Of a DNA stretch of 25,209 nt, positions 1 through 10,661 are shown piece after piece (the stretch's first letter is position 1; each line of letters begins with the position of its first letter). Made by a program: the position numbers and the translations under genes. The DNA is from Tubiluchus corallicola (lineage: Eukaryota > Animalia > Priapulida). The notes beneath the pieces were generated by a model. That model saw only the letters and a list, made by a program, of their open reading frames with translations. It did not search any database and had not been told where the DNA came from. The stretch covers positions 1 through 25,209 of the forward strand of contig JAQGDQ010001796.1 in assembly GCA_030141605.1 (NCBI GenBank). Direction: 5' to 3'.

Positions 1-29
1 AAACATTATTATCTAGTTTGATGTTACCA

Positions 30-439
30 AACATAAAATTTCTCATGATGTTTGAATTAACAGACATAAGTTTAGTTTTAGCTACATTAATTTTTATGTC
101 ATACTGTTCAGCATACAATTTATACACGTCTAGTAGTTGCTGTAGGGCCGTAATCGTTGTTGCTAACAAACAAACATCGTCAGCGTACATCAGGTGGTTC
201 ATAACCATGTTCGACACATTGCAACCAAGTTGGGTGGATGAAAGCTTAACACTTAGATCTTTAAAATAAAAATTAAAAAGAAATGGTGACATCTTGCCAC
301 CTTGGCGTACTCCATTTCCAATATTAAAAGTTGTAGACTGACTATGTCCCCACCTGACAGACATGCCTTGCTGCGTGTAATAAAATGTGAGCAAGCGGAT
401 TACAATATTCGGGATTGAAGTCTTTGTGAGTTTAAGAAA
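30..439 (-). mobile_element. Non-LTR retrotransposon (RTEX/RTE-like) reverse transcriptase fragment, inverted segment
   Basis: The minus frame reads FLKLTKTSIPNIVIRLLTFYYTQQGMSVRWGHSQSTTFNIGNGVRQGGKMSPFLFNFY...GCNVSNMVMNHLMYADDVCLLA...LQQLLD...INVAKTK. YADD is at 176-187 and GVRQG at 299-313. The frame breaks down near position 30. Confidence 0.93.
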
Positions 440-669
440 AGATTTGATACTAGTGATAATTTAATGTGCCAGAAAATTTTAGTAAGCGATGCCAAATTTA
501 CATCGCACATAAGACAGCAATGGTGGAGACTATTATTGTAATTTTCATGTTTAACTAAGTTTGTGTGTGATTTGTTTGTAGTGGTTTTTTGTTTTTATGA
601 TGTTGTATGTTGTATATATGTAATTTATATTATGAACTTATGTTTGAAATAAAGAATTAAATCAAAATC

Positions 670-674
<5 letters not shown>
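440..674 (+). mobile_element. LINE 3' end (ORF2 C-terminus, 3' UTR, polyA signal, repeat tail), probably the same element as the RT fragment
   Basis: 440-541 encodes RFDTSDNLMCQKILVSDAKFTSHIRQQWWRLLL*, which resembles the RTEX-type C-terminus (R-x-x-x-S-x-N...SD...S...W). It is followed by a T-rich UTR, AATAAA at 648-653 and an (AAATCA)-type tail. Confidence 0.7.

Positions 675-707
<33 letters not shown>
675..707. repeat. (CT)n microsatellite
   Basis: Pure dinucleotide run directly after the LINE tail. Confidence 0.97.
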
Positions 708-709
<2 letters not shown>

Positions 710-799
710 CACGCGTGCCGTTTGCCAGTATTGACAAGTATTAAGGACTGGTCTTGAGAATAAAGCAGTTTTTCTTTCAATTGTTCTTTCCTTTAACAA

Positions 800-948
800 C
801 TGTATAACTACATATTTTCTCTTCGAAAATGCTTCTCCGACGTTCTAGCAGTTCAAAAATTTTCTGAGCGCCAACCATGATGGCTCCCGCCCCCCACGTT
901 TCCCCCCCCCCACTTCCCCGGGCCTCGCTTAGGCTGAAATAGGCCCTG
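800..948 (-). mobile_element. hAT-like MITE terminal fragment
   Basis: Ends in AGGCCCTG (CAGGGCCT on the minus strand), with GC-rich subterminal GAGGCCCGGGG and a C-tract. No partner end found. Confidence 0.4.
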
Positions 949-1144
949 GATGTTGGTATAGTTACCTTTCTTCTCATTCTCTCGAAATATTTGTTTTACC
1001 ATTTGCTGCAAAATATCTACACTGAACTTTTATTTAAAAACACTTACAGTACTGGGACCACATTCATGTACGCGTCGTAACTTTATGCATTTAAGTGCAT
1101 TGTCTTACGACACTTCTAAGACACTGTCGTAAACCGTATTCGCG

Positions 1145-1827
1145 TTAAACCACAAGAAAACCCCCTACTTACATAAAGCTTAAACAATTCGTCTTGAAAT
1201 TTTATACCACTTACATACTACTTTTTTGCATATTAGACTTGCGTCGGCAATAACGCTGTATAAAACATGTAAATTTAAACTCCCGCGATACCCGTTAGAC
1301 GCAGCCATATGTCATTTGAAACAAGTTAAAATAACATTGTGTAAAGCTTGAAAAAATAATCAGGCCATTTGTAGCACACACGTCACTAGCTAAATAAAAT
1401 TTAAAATTACCGTATCTTGTGAATAAGATTAAAAATACGTTTTTGGTTAGTGAGTGGTGCACCCTGGAGGGCGAGTCAGCAACATTTTACCAATTGGTGA
1501 AAGCATTTTAAATAACTAATCATTTTTTCTAGTTACATAAGTCTTTCAAGCAGGTAAAGCGAAAGTGCTAAGTAACATAATTTTGCATGGAAAGTTTTTT
1601 GCGACATAGTTCAACATGGACTTTTCTTCCCTTGATTTACGTTTACGTAAGTGACGTCATGTAATGGCGCCGTCGGAACAGTGCTGCGGGAAATTTAAAA
1701 TGAAAACAAACAAAAATTCCTTTCAACGCGAGTACGATTATAAGCATAAAATTGCTATAAAGTAATGTAACTTTTTAAGGTGATTTTTCTGAAACCTACT
1801 TCATGTACCCCTTTTCTTGTCCTCTAA
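1145..1827. mobile_element. Non-autonomous TTAA-bounded (Kolobok-like) element, family A copy 1
   Basis: Left end TTAA-ACCACAAGAAAACCCC; right end reverse-complements to TTAG-AGGACAAGAAAAGGGG. There are internal inverted AAATTTAAA/TCCCGC motifs. 1580-1827 matches 24970-25203 in inverted orientation. Confidence 0.65.
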
Positions 1828-2289
1828 GTCCATCTCTCTATTTGCCGTAACTTTGCCATTAGATAGAATTCATAAAAGTGTCTTAGGGGTCACTTATGTC
1901 CGCTACTTGCATTTCATCAAAAAGTTTATCTTAGACTAAAACATGCTGTGCGGTGTTAGCTTTATTCAAAAATTTGAGTTTCTTCAACTAAAAGTTTGAA
2001 ATATTGCACCATACAATAGCGGTTTATCACATCTTCTACAATGTGATGATTAAGTGTTATTAAAAGTAAACGCCTTTATATGCGCATAGTGCAATAAGAA
2101 GTTTCTAATTCCACTCCCTAACACCCTTTGTCTGTGCACAATATGTCCTTTGTATTCCATTTCATTGCTTGCATGCAAATTTCACACATGTTGTTAACTT
2201 GGTATCAGTGTTAAAAGCTAAACTGATTTGTCAAAATAAGAAAAAACAGACGGTAATACGAAACAACAAACTTGTAGTTAATTTTATTG

Positions 2290-3195
2290 CTATTATCGTC
2301 CTTTGTTGTCATCGTTGGTGTCCCATTATTGGTGTCGTTGTTCCTGTTTGTGTTCGTGCTGTTGGTGTTGATGACTTTGGCGTTGATAGTGTTGCTGTTA
2401 ATGTCGTTGTTAGTGTTCGTGCTGTTTGTACTGTTGGTGTTGGTGACTTGGGAGTTGATGGTGTTGTTGTTAATGTCGTTGTTAGTGTTGCTGGCGGTAT
2501 TTGTGTTGGTGTTCGTGTTCGTGTTGTTTGTACTGTTAGTGTTGATGACTTGGGAGTTGATAGTGTTGCTGTTAATGTTGTTGTTAGTGTTGCTGGCGGT
2601 ATTGGTATTGGTGTTCGTGTTCGTGCTGTTTGTACTGTTGGTGTTGATGACTTGGGAGTTGATGGTGTTGCTGTTAATGTTGTTGTTAGTGTTGCTGGCG
2701 GTATTGGTATTGGTGTTCGTGTTCGTGTTGTTTGTACTGTTAGTGTTGATGACTTGGGAGTTGATAGTGTTGTTGTTAATGTCGTTGTTAGTGTTGCTGG
2801 CGGTATTTGTGTTGGTGTTCCTGTTCGTGTTGTTTATACTGTTGGTGTTGATGACTTGGGAGTTGATGGTGTTGCTGTTAATGTTGCCATTAGTGTTGCT
2901 GGCAGTATTTGGTGTTGTTGTTCGTGTTTGTGTTCGTGCTGCTTGTACTGTTGGTGTTGATGACTTGGAAGTTGGTGGTGTTGCTGTTAATGTTGTTGTT
3001 AGTGTTGCTGGCGGTATTGGTGTTGTTGTTCGTGCTGTTTGTACTGTTAGTGTTGATGACTTTGGAGTTGATGGTGTTGCTGTTAATGTTGTTGTTAGTG
3101 TTGCGGGCGGTATTGGTGTTGTTGTTCGTGTTCGTGCTGCTTGTACTGTTGGTGTTGATGACTTGCGAGTTGATGGTGTTGCTGTTGCTGTCGCC
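2290..3195. repeat. GTT-derived minisatellite, ~102-bp unit, about 9 units
   Basis: The G(A/G)TGACTT anchor recurs at 2370, 2442, 2544, 2646, 2748, 2850, 2959, 3055 and 3157. The array accounts for the five overlapping low-complexity ORFs. Confidence 0.95.
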
Positions 3196-3239
3196 AATGC
3201 TGCTACGACGGTTGTTCCCTTTCTGGATGTACATTAAGC

Positions 3240-5520
3240 TTTTATTTAATCAGTAGATGTATTAGAATTTGCTGGAATCTTGATCTCATTGAAGATAATT
3301 ATTAAGACTTTAGGATATCTTATAATTCAAGGAAATTTGACTTTTGAAGTCATAGCTTCAAATCTTGCAGATATGTCAATGCATTAAATTTCTTAACTGG
3401 TGATTTTACGTGCAAGTTGAATTCGGTCCATCTTGAAGAATTGATAATTAGTCTTAGCCAGACCTTAGCCAATGTTGCTTGCACTTCCATACTCAACTTT
3501 CGAAAATCCATCAGTGTGGAAGTTGATAAGATGACAGGAAAATAAACTATTATCCTGGAAAAAGGCGAGTACATTAAGAGTCAATATCCTTCCCGTAATT
3601 ACTGATAATCACGGTTTCATTATGCTCTGCATTCCTTAACTCCTACGTTCAAGCTTGCGCTACGCCTTCTCTGGCAAAAGTGGCAATCTTTCAAAGTCGA
3701 ACAGAAAATGGTCCAATTGTGCTAAGGGCCTCGCCGTCTTGGCTCCGCTTTGTCTAGTCTGGAATCTTCTTGGAAGTGAGTTTTAGACGAACAAGGCGAC
3801 CTTTGTGTTCCCAAAGAACTGGAAAATTATGCATCGCGACATATATTGTGTGGGTAGATCCTCCATGTACCATTACACTGTATGTTGGGTGTTGCCTCAT
3901 TTACGTTGAGTTTTATACAAAACATTTGTACTAGGTAGGTTAAAATAAGGGTTTACAACTTTGTGTTCATGCATAATTGATTAATTAATACTGACACATT
4001 AGCATCTAGGACACCTTAAATTTGCCTAATCTGAAAATTAAAAAAGAATTAGAAATGTACAACTTTTTCTTGCTGTGTAATGTATACGCTCAAACCAAAG
4101 TTGCGTTCCCAAATCTATGTTAGTTTATTCTGCAAAAATACAACTTTTCTGTAGTCTACAATTACTACATCTACAAATCTACTGAAATAAGTGCAAGAAA
4201 ATAAGTGCTACAGATTACTACGTTACACTAAAAAGCTAAAAATGCATACATACATTGTTGGTCCAATATTGAGTCGAGAAAAAGCCAGAATGTCAGTAAA
4301 ACGTAGCAGTATAACTATAAGTCAAATTTTAAATGTAACAGAGACGTGTGTACATGACAAGTTCCACCTATACAATGTCAGAGTAGAAAAAGTAGTATTG
4401 TGGCTTCTAATGCATATGCTACCTTGAGAAGAGGTAGTCTAGCTTGTTGAGCTACAGTCTAATATATTGTGGCTTCTAATGCACATACTACCTTGAGAAG
4501 GGGTAGTCTAACTTGTTGAACTACAGTCTAATATATTGTGGCTTCTAATGCATATGCTACCTTGAGAAGAGGTAATGGACCAAAACATTTGTCCCTGCAA
4601 CATTGCTGTTTAATAAACATAAATTTTTAGCTTTCCTTTAGTTCAGAAATACGAACCTTTGGACTGGGACCCATCTTGCTAACCGTCTTTAATTGGACCA
4701 GTAACATTATGTAACATTAACTGGACCTGTAACATTATGTTTGCAAGTTACTTCCAAAAGAAAACCTAGCACCAGGCGCACAGTATTAATAACCTTAGTA
4801 GATAAGAATGAGTACTTTTGTAAATCACCATTAGTTCTAGAAAAGCGGGATTCTGATGATTTTGAGTACAAAAACATCAAATGTGATACAAGCTACCACG
4901 AAGGGTTTAGCCCAATTCTTAACTGCCATATTAACATCTGATTAATTAGACGCATGGCTCCTAAACACAACGAATTGATTATTCACTGAAGAGAATTACG
5001 TCCGACTTCTTAACAAAATTCTTGACTTATAACAACAAAGTCTGTTTGCTCAGTTGCGATCTCATAGGAATTCCTTTCATTAGGAAATCAATCTCACGAT
5101 TGTTTCAGGCTGTTCGATCTGTGTTTGCTGATGTATTTTACGCGACTTTATCAACCTCCTAGTGTTTATTTACAAACTTCACAAGAAGCAAATGCAGTTG
5201 TATCTAGACCATAACCTATACTTGACACTCATGTTTCCATAAGACCAACTTTTCTTCATTCTAGTTCTTGTGTACGAGCATTTTTCTGAAATCATCGCAC
5301 TGCATGTGCTGAACGACCACAAACCGTCGCCATTTCCGTCTCCTCAAGTCTCGTTGACAACTTTGAAAACTGAAGGCGGCAATTAAACCGTCTCTTCTTG
5401 ACGGAAGCGCTCAGACTTGGAGAAAGTTGGGCCACGGAAGTTGCGGAAAAAATCGTACTTGCCTTTGGCTGATTTGTTTCTTTGTGCATTTATTCAATTT
5501 GTCTGGACTTCAGTGTTGCG
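3240..5520 (+). pseudogene. Decayed Toll-like receptor / LRR receptor pseudogene 1
   Basis: LRR motifs across frameshifts: VDVLEFAG(I)LI 3253-3285, LGYLIIQGNLT 3310-3342, LEELIIS 3432, GLAVLAPLCLVWNLL 3727-3771, AFPNL and PKHLSLQHCCL 4580-4612. LRRCT FN(W)TCN...YFCKSPLVL...DF...C at ~4689-4884. A hydrophobic stretch followed by KLHKK at ~5085-5190. TIR-like remnants LDTHVS, NDHK(T)VAISVS and KLRKKSYL. Many stops and frameshifts; the 3' boundary is uncertain. Confidence 0.75.
4396..4575 (+). repeat. 69-bp tandem repeat (~2.6 copies) encoding a degenerate 23-codon LRR unit
   Basis: TATTGTGGCTTCTAATGCA recurs at 4396, 4465 and 4534. It translates as V*YIVASNAYATLRRGSLAC*AT, in frame with the downstream LRR. 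Confidence 0.9.
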
Positions 5521-8100
5521 TGTGAACATTTAAAATTATACGTTTTCTCTCTCTGTGGTCGAGCTGTACTAAAAGAAATGTCAGACTTCAGTACAGAAGT
5601 GACATGCTGTATGTGGGCATTGGCGGTGATGTGATGTGAAATCTGTAGGCTGCTGTATCGCCATGTTTCTTATGTTTGTCGATACCATGGAAGCTTCAGC
5701 ATCTCTTGTTCTTGTAAATGGTAAGTTAAATAAAAACATTTAAGCACCACAAGGCATTCAAGGAAGGATTGTTAGCTCGTCCGATACAGTTATGTATATT
5801 AACATTTGGCCTTAGAAACCACACCCAAGGTTCCATCTATTTGGATAAAATCGAGCTCCGTTTGATACTATAATTTTCGTAAGTTAGAGTGCATCTTCAG
5901 TTTGAAGTTGAGGCATGTGTATGGTACAATAAGCTGCCCCAAATTTGCACAGTTTTTCACTTATCAAATCAACCATCTATGGCGATATAGGTCTATGTGC
6001 ACGACTATCATTTCATAATGTATAACTGTAATTTGCCTGACCTCGACTTAAATGTATAACAGCTAATCAGTGGAACTAAAACGTGTTATAACAAGTGCAA
6101 TTTCATGTTATAGGTTTAATATGTTTCATTGTTAACTAATGTTGTTACAGATAATGACTGTATGTATAGTGAAATTCTTTCACTATTATAGCAATTCGTT
6201 TATACTCAGAAGGCCACAGTGCGTATGTGAAACATACACTTACCAAATCGAAAACCAATTATAGCATATAAGATGGTAATTAATTGATATCAAAATGAGA
6301 TTACATGCTATCATTTCCACGTTTATGTCAGGAACTTCTCACGCAACGATTTCAACCGGTTTCTATGAGCAATTTCATAATCAACTTTTCAAGGTATTGT
6401 ATGGAGAAGACACACTGAAAGTTCAAGTGAAATGAATCCAGTGCTTGACCATTGACACTTGTATAGGAATGGATTATTGTGCGCATACTAATTGTTCGTG
6501 TTCTGTCGTTCTATTATTTAAATTTGAATTATCACTTGTTGAAATTTGAAACTTGTTGAGGAATTTGTGTTATGCGTTTGATTATAACCTCCAAACGTTT
6601 TCCAATTCTGCAGACTACCAAATGAATAAACCACATTCTACTTTTTACTTTTTAATTGTGATGATGGTGGTGGTGGTGTTGGTATATAAAAAGTTGAACT
6701 ACATGAGTTATCAAGAAATCATTATTTCGAAATGTTCATAATATGTGCTAGACAGGTTGTTTATAGTTTCAAAGCAGGCAGAAAGCAGTGCCTGAAATAC
6801 GATAATTGTAAACGTCACTGGTTTTTTTTTCGTTTGGATTTTGAAATTAACATGGTTGCCATCTTGAAATAAAAATGGCCGCCACGTTTAAAGTAACGCG
6901 CTGACAGTGTTTGTTATACTGATTTAGTATGCGAGCAGGTTTTACTGCCTTAGTTATGACATTTTAAGTTTTTGAAATCCGCTTTATTTTGTTCTGAATC
7001 TTTACTAGAGTTTTTTGGTTATCAATTTCCAGTTTTTAGGTTACTTCTCCTTTAATGCTGTTCGTACATTCTAATCTGATGTTTACTCAGTAATTTGTAT
7101 TATAAAAGTAAACCAGTGCAATAAAACTGTCTCTCAGTTCCTGTTAGACTTTTCGACTACACCCCAAACGCTAACATCGCCTGCAGCTTCACAAAACAGA
7201 AACACACAAATCTATTCACAAGGAAATTATTCTTACCTTTTTTACCTGGTCAATATTTATTGTGGGATGCTAATCTGACACTAATTGGAGTTCAACTTCT
7301 CTTTTCTTTGGCGCGTAAGATCTTGTGACAGGTAACATTATTCGCCCGCTATAAGTTTATATTTTTGATAGACAGGAAAACATTTTGCATTCTGTTGACA
7401 GTTATTATGATAATTCTGTAATGCTTTGCTGGCTTTTTGAGGAATGCTGGCAAAATATTTTGTCTTTTGAATTTTTACACATTTAGTCGCCCCATTCAAG
7501 CCGCTTAGCTCCCCAACGAGTAGAAGATAGATATACTTTTTTGCGGAAATCTCCACAAAACTTTAGTTTGCCTATATAATGGTATATTGAAATGGCGTGT
7601 TTCTAAGAGTATCCAGCTGATTTTTCTTCATTTTATCATTACGTTAGGCATCATAGGCATCAAGTATTGAATCATAACATTGAATACGTCTTAAACTAAA
7701 GTAGCTAAACAAAAAATGCAGGGTAGAGCTACTGGGGTATCGCCTCAGACAATAGTACGGGGTCAGAAAGGCTGAGTTGTTTATAGTCATTTGCTTATAC
7801 TGCAAAAAAATGTGAAAATTGGGGGCAAACTGCTCAGTCGCGCAAGAGTAAACCACACTGGACCAGGCATACTCAGGTGATATTTAGTCACGAGCACTGT
7901 GATAACATACGGTTTTTTGTCATCAAAACTGAGCAGAAATAGTGAAGTAATGAAAAGGTTATGCTCGCGGATTTGAAATTGAAATCATTCAGTTTTGTTT
8001 CTTCTCTTTACTGTGGAATTTTTCACCAAGTGCATCTATTCTTGTCACAAAGAATTATCCCTTCATATCAACGTTCGATTATTTATTATGTGTTTCTAAT
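5430..8100 (+). pseudogene. Decayed Toll-like receptor pseudogene 2
   Basis: LRR motifs: SASLVLVNGKL ~5697, LPDLDLNV*QL ~6033, IN*YQNEI, VYVRNFSRNDF, LDH*HLYRNGL 6444-6476, FYYLNLNYHLL 6509-6541, SVPVRLFDYTP(N)LTSPAASQNR 7134-7200 and TGNIIRPL*VYIFD 7328. An LRRCT-like C-x-KSPQN at 7542 and a TM-like IQLIFLHFIITLGIIGI at ~7610-7660. TIR-like remnants SFAYT...ENW, CDNIRFFV, GFEIE and LVTKNY at ~7785-8060. Interrupted by non-coding sequence at ~6650-7050. Confidence 0.72.
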
Positions 8101-8753
8101 ATTTGTAATTTCCGCATGCATATAATATACAAATCATTTCCCTATCACGGGCAATCATGAAATTCCTTTGCATTGTTTACTATCACAATGGAACACTGTC
8201 TTACCTCCAACTGCCTGCGGCCACACTTATGAAAAACAGCTTGTATTATATTTAAATTCATTCCACGCGGGTTTGTCCACAGGAGAGAGTTATTGCCCCA
8301 AATAATGAGTCGCAAATATTTCTGCACAATAACACTCATTGTCGAACGTTTTCATTTCGATGTCTTAATATAATTTTCTGTCGCACAAATCTTCTTCGTT
8401 TGCTTCTGGGATGCTTATCTTTTTAGATTACTGTAATCCGTCACTGATGAGGATTCTAGCGCGCATTGATATTTTAATCTGAAATGTTTGATGAAGAGTT
8501 TAATCATTTTGTAACTAATCTATTTTATTTTGCGATTGGCCCATTCGGCTTTGTCATCGGCCTCTATACAAATTTTAGTATAAACCTATATCTGTGTTGA
8601 AAATAATAATGATGATTATTACGCCGGAGAAACAATTGAATGAACACCTCTTTAAGAGCACCTCTTTAAGAGCATCTCATCTTGTAAATCAACTTATCTG
8701 TGGTTGTTTGAAAAACTGTCTGCAAGTCAACAATGTTCATGATCGTGTAAAAG

Positions 8754-9012
8754 TTTTAAAACCAGGAAAAAAAGTCACAGGTAAAAAAGCCACAGGTAAA
8801 AAAAGCCACAGAAAAAAGCCACAGGTAAAAAAAGCCACAGGTAAAAAAGCCACAAAAGAAAATCACAGGAGAAAAAAGTAACCCTAACCCTCGCTCTTAA
8901 TGCTAACCCCTAACCCTAACCTTAACCAAAATTAATTGTGACCATTTTTCCAGTGACTTTCTTCTTAGCCAAAATTGTAACTTTTTTCCGTGACTTTTCC
9001 TTACGTATAAAA
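8754..9012. mobile_element. Foldback/MITE-like element with inverted tandem subrepeats and an internal telomere-like tract
   Basis: The left arm has ~15-bp AGGTAAAAAAGCCAC repeats and the right arm has inverted GTGACTTTT(T)CC motifs. Degenerate (CCCTAA)n at 8879-8927. Confidence 0.75.
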
Positions 9013-9478
9013 TTTCAAGAAGAATCTTTTACGCTTTATATAAATGCAGGGTTTTCTTGTGCTTTAGGTCATTGACACATTTAAAAAATTTTAAAACTTA
9101 AAGTTTGACATGAACTGTATGTTATTCTCTGCTTGTCCTAAAACTTTGTCTTTATACTTTGCTGGACTTGCTGTACCATCTTGTTCCGTAGAATCCGTAC
9201 TTTATTTTTTACATTTTCTTTTGTATGATGGCGTGTCTACTGTATTGTGATCACGTTGATAGATTTGAACTTGATAACGTTTCTGAATTGAAATTTTTCA
9301 ACGAAATGACGGAAATGTGAAGAAAATTACCCGAAATCGTTATACAGAATTTTAATCTGAACGAACTGATACGACGTGGTATCGAATTTTCAATGATTCC
9401 ACTAATCGGCTAGAGATTATCGATTATAAAACTTTATCTAAATCCGTACAAACAATACTCAAACAAAGACAACGTGGT

Positions 9479-10318
9479 CGGAGCCGGACCATCATATAGG
9501 TTAGTATAGGCTGCAGCCTAGACCACCTCAAGCTTTGATATTTGGTAAAGACATCTGTTTTTTACTATTGTTGTGTTGAAATATGTGCTAATACGTGGTA
9601 ATTAACAGCGGGCAAGACCAATTATTGGTGACATCACAAACTAACATAATTTTCAACATTAAAAATATTCCATGAGCGCTTTGCGCGTGTTTGCCAAAAG
9701 AAAAATTGAAGTGCAGCACTGCTGTAAGATATTCAGTGCGTTGCACTAAAACTAGGTGAGTTTTAAGATAAAAATTCAAATTTCAAATTTACCGCTGTGC
9801 TCGCGCATGAGCTATCGAGCGTGTGCAGTTCGTTACAAACTAACACGTCTAAACTGACAGGTACAGCACCTGTTTTGGTGCGATCAGTTTGCGAATTGCA
9901 GTCACTAGTGCCCGTCTAACTAGCGAATGGCGAAATGCATGTAAAAGCAAAGAACTAGTGGCGCGAACGCAAAACTGTGTTTATGTGGTGATAATTCTTT
10001 CATGTAAATCATTTTTGACAAAAAATAGTATGTTTCCTTCCAATATGTCGAAAAATAGGTTGTTTTGACCTACATTGGGTCCGATTATGCTTTAACAGTG
10101 GTATTTCGTAAATAATGTTTTTATTGACAAACAAAAGATAGGTAATCCAGTTTATTTTAAAAAGTTGCATGTCATTTGCTTCAAGCTATGTAAATGACGC
10201 TAAAATATAACTATAGCTATAGTAAAAATATTCATGACGCGTGAGTTAGAGGGTGGCTCCATGCGAGGGGGCATAATTTCATTAACCTAGGACCCCAAAA
10301 GCTTACAATCTCACCCTG
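9479..10318. mobile_element. Degenerate hAT-like MITE split by the family B insertion
   Basis: Left end CGGAGCCGGACC...TAGG...TAGGCTGCAGCCTAG and right end ACCTAGGACCCC...AATCTCACCCTG resemble CAGGGCCGG...CCCTG-type MITE ends. A similar left end lies at ~22848-22900. The TSD is not convincing. Confidence 0.4.
9602..10095. mobile_element. Non-autonomous TTAA-bounded (Kolobok-like) element, family B copy 1
   Basis: TTAA at both ends. Colinear inverted match to 18829-19333, for example AATTTACCGCTGTGCTC, CTAGTGCCCGTCTAACTA and TAATTCTTTCATGTAA. Confidence 0.85.
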
Positions 10319-10661
10319 GTTGTGATAAATGTAACTAAGATCGAATCAATAGAGAAGTGCAATGAACATCATCAGTTTATCTGAATTGATGATGTCGTAT
10401 TTGTGGCGCTTTGAATTGTCGATTCTAAAACTCTATTATCACGTTATTTTTATGATCTTTGCTATAACTTCAACTCAGCATGGATTCTGTCTTCAGATGT
10501 GTTCAAACAAAAAGGTTGTGCGTCTCTTCCCTGCTGCTTCTAAGTCAGTAAATAATTGTAAATTTGCTCTGAATAAGCTGTTAGTGCTTCTGACTCAGAA
10601 ATGGCGTTTTTATGTTTGAAAAAGTGAAGGACAGTCCTGTGTCCTGCTGTGAATGTGTTTT

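Noticed and set aside
18-269. 83-aa + strand ORF
   Set aside because: Antisense shadow of the LINE RT frame.
2169-3256. Long Leu/Val-rich and Asn/Thr-rich ORFs as real membrane or secreted proteins
   Set aside because: All are readings of one GTT-derived minisatellite, with no unique domain, and frames switch at a 1-bp indel.
5320-5460. Housekeeping promoter (YY1-like CGCCATTT, ETS-like CGGAAGT)
   Set aside because: Short motifs lying inside sequence better explained as TLR coding relic.
5663-5725. Short first exon MFLMFVDTMEASASLVLVN with a GTAAG donor
   Set aside because: The frame continues as an LRR motif (SASLVLVNGKL), so the donor looks coincidental.
3240-8480. Stop-codon reassignment explaining the in-frame stops
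   Set aside because: All three stop types occur together with many frameshifts, and the LINE C-terminus ends normally at TAA; ordinary decay explains it.
8435-8515. Hammerhead ribozyme (CTGATGA...GAAA)
   Set aside because: Only stem II can form; no credible stem I or III in either topology.
8594-8881. Lys-rich histone H1-like ORF
   Set aside because: The KKATG repeats are the translation of the foldback element's 15-bp subrepeats.
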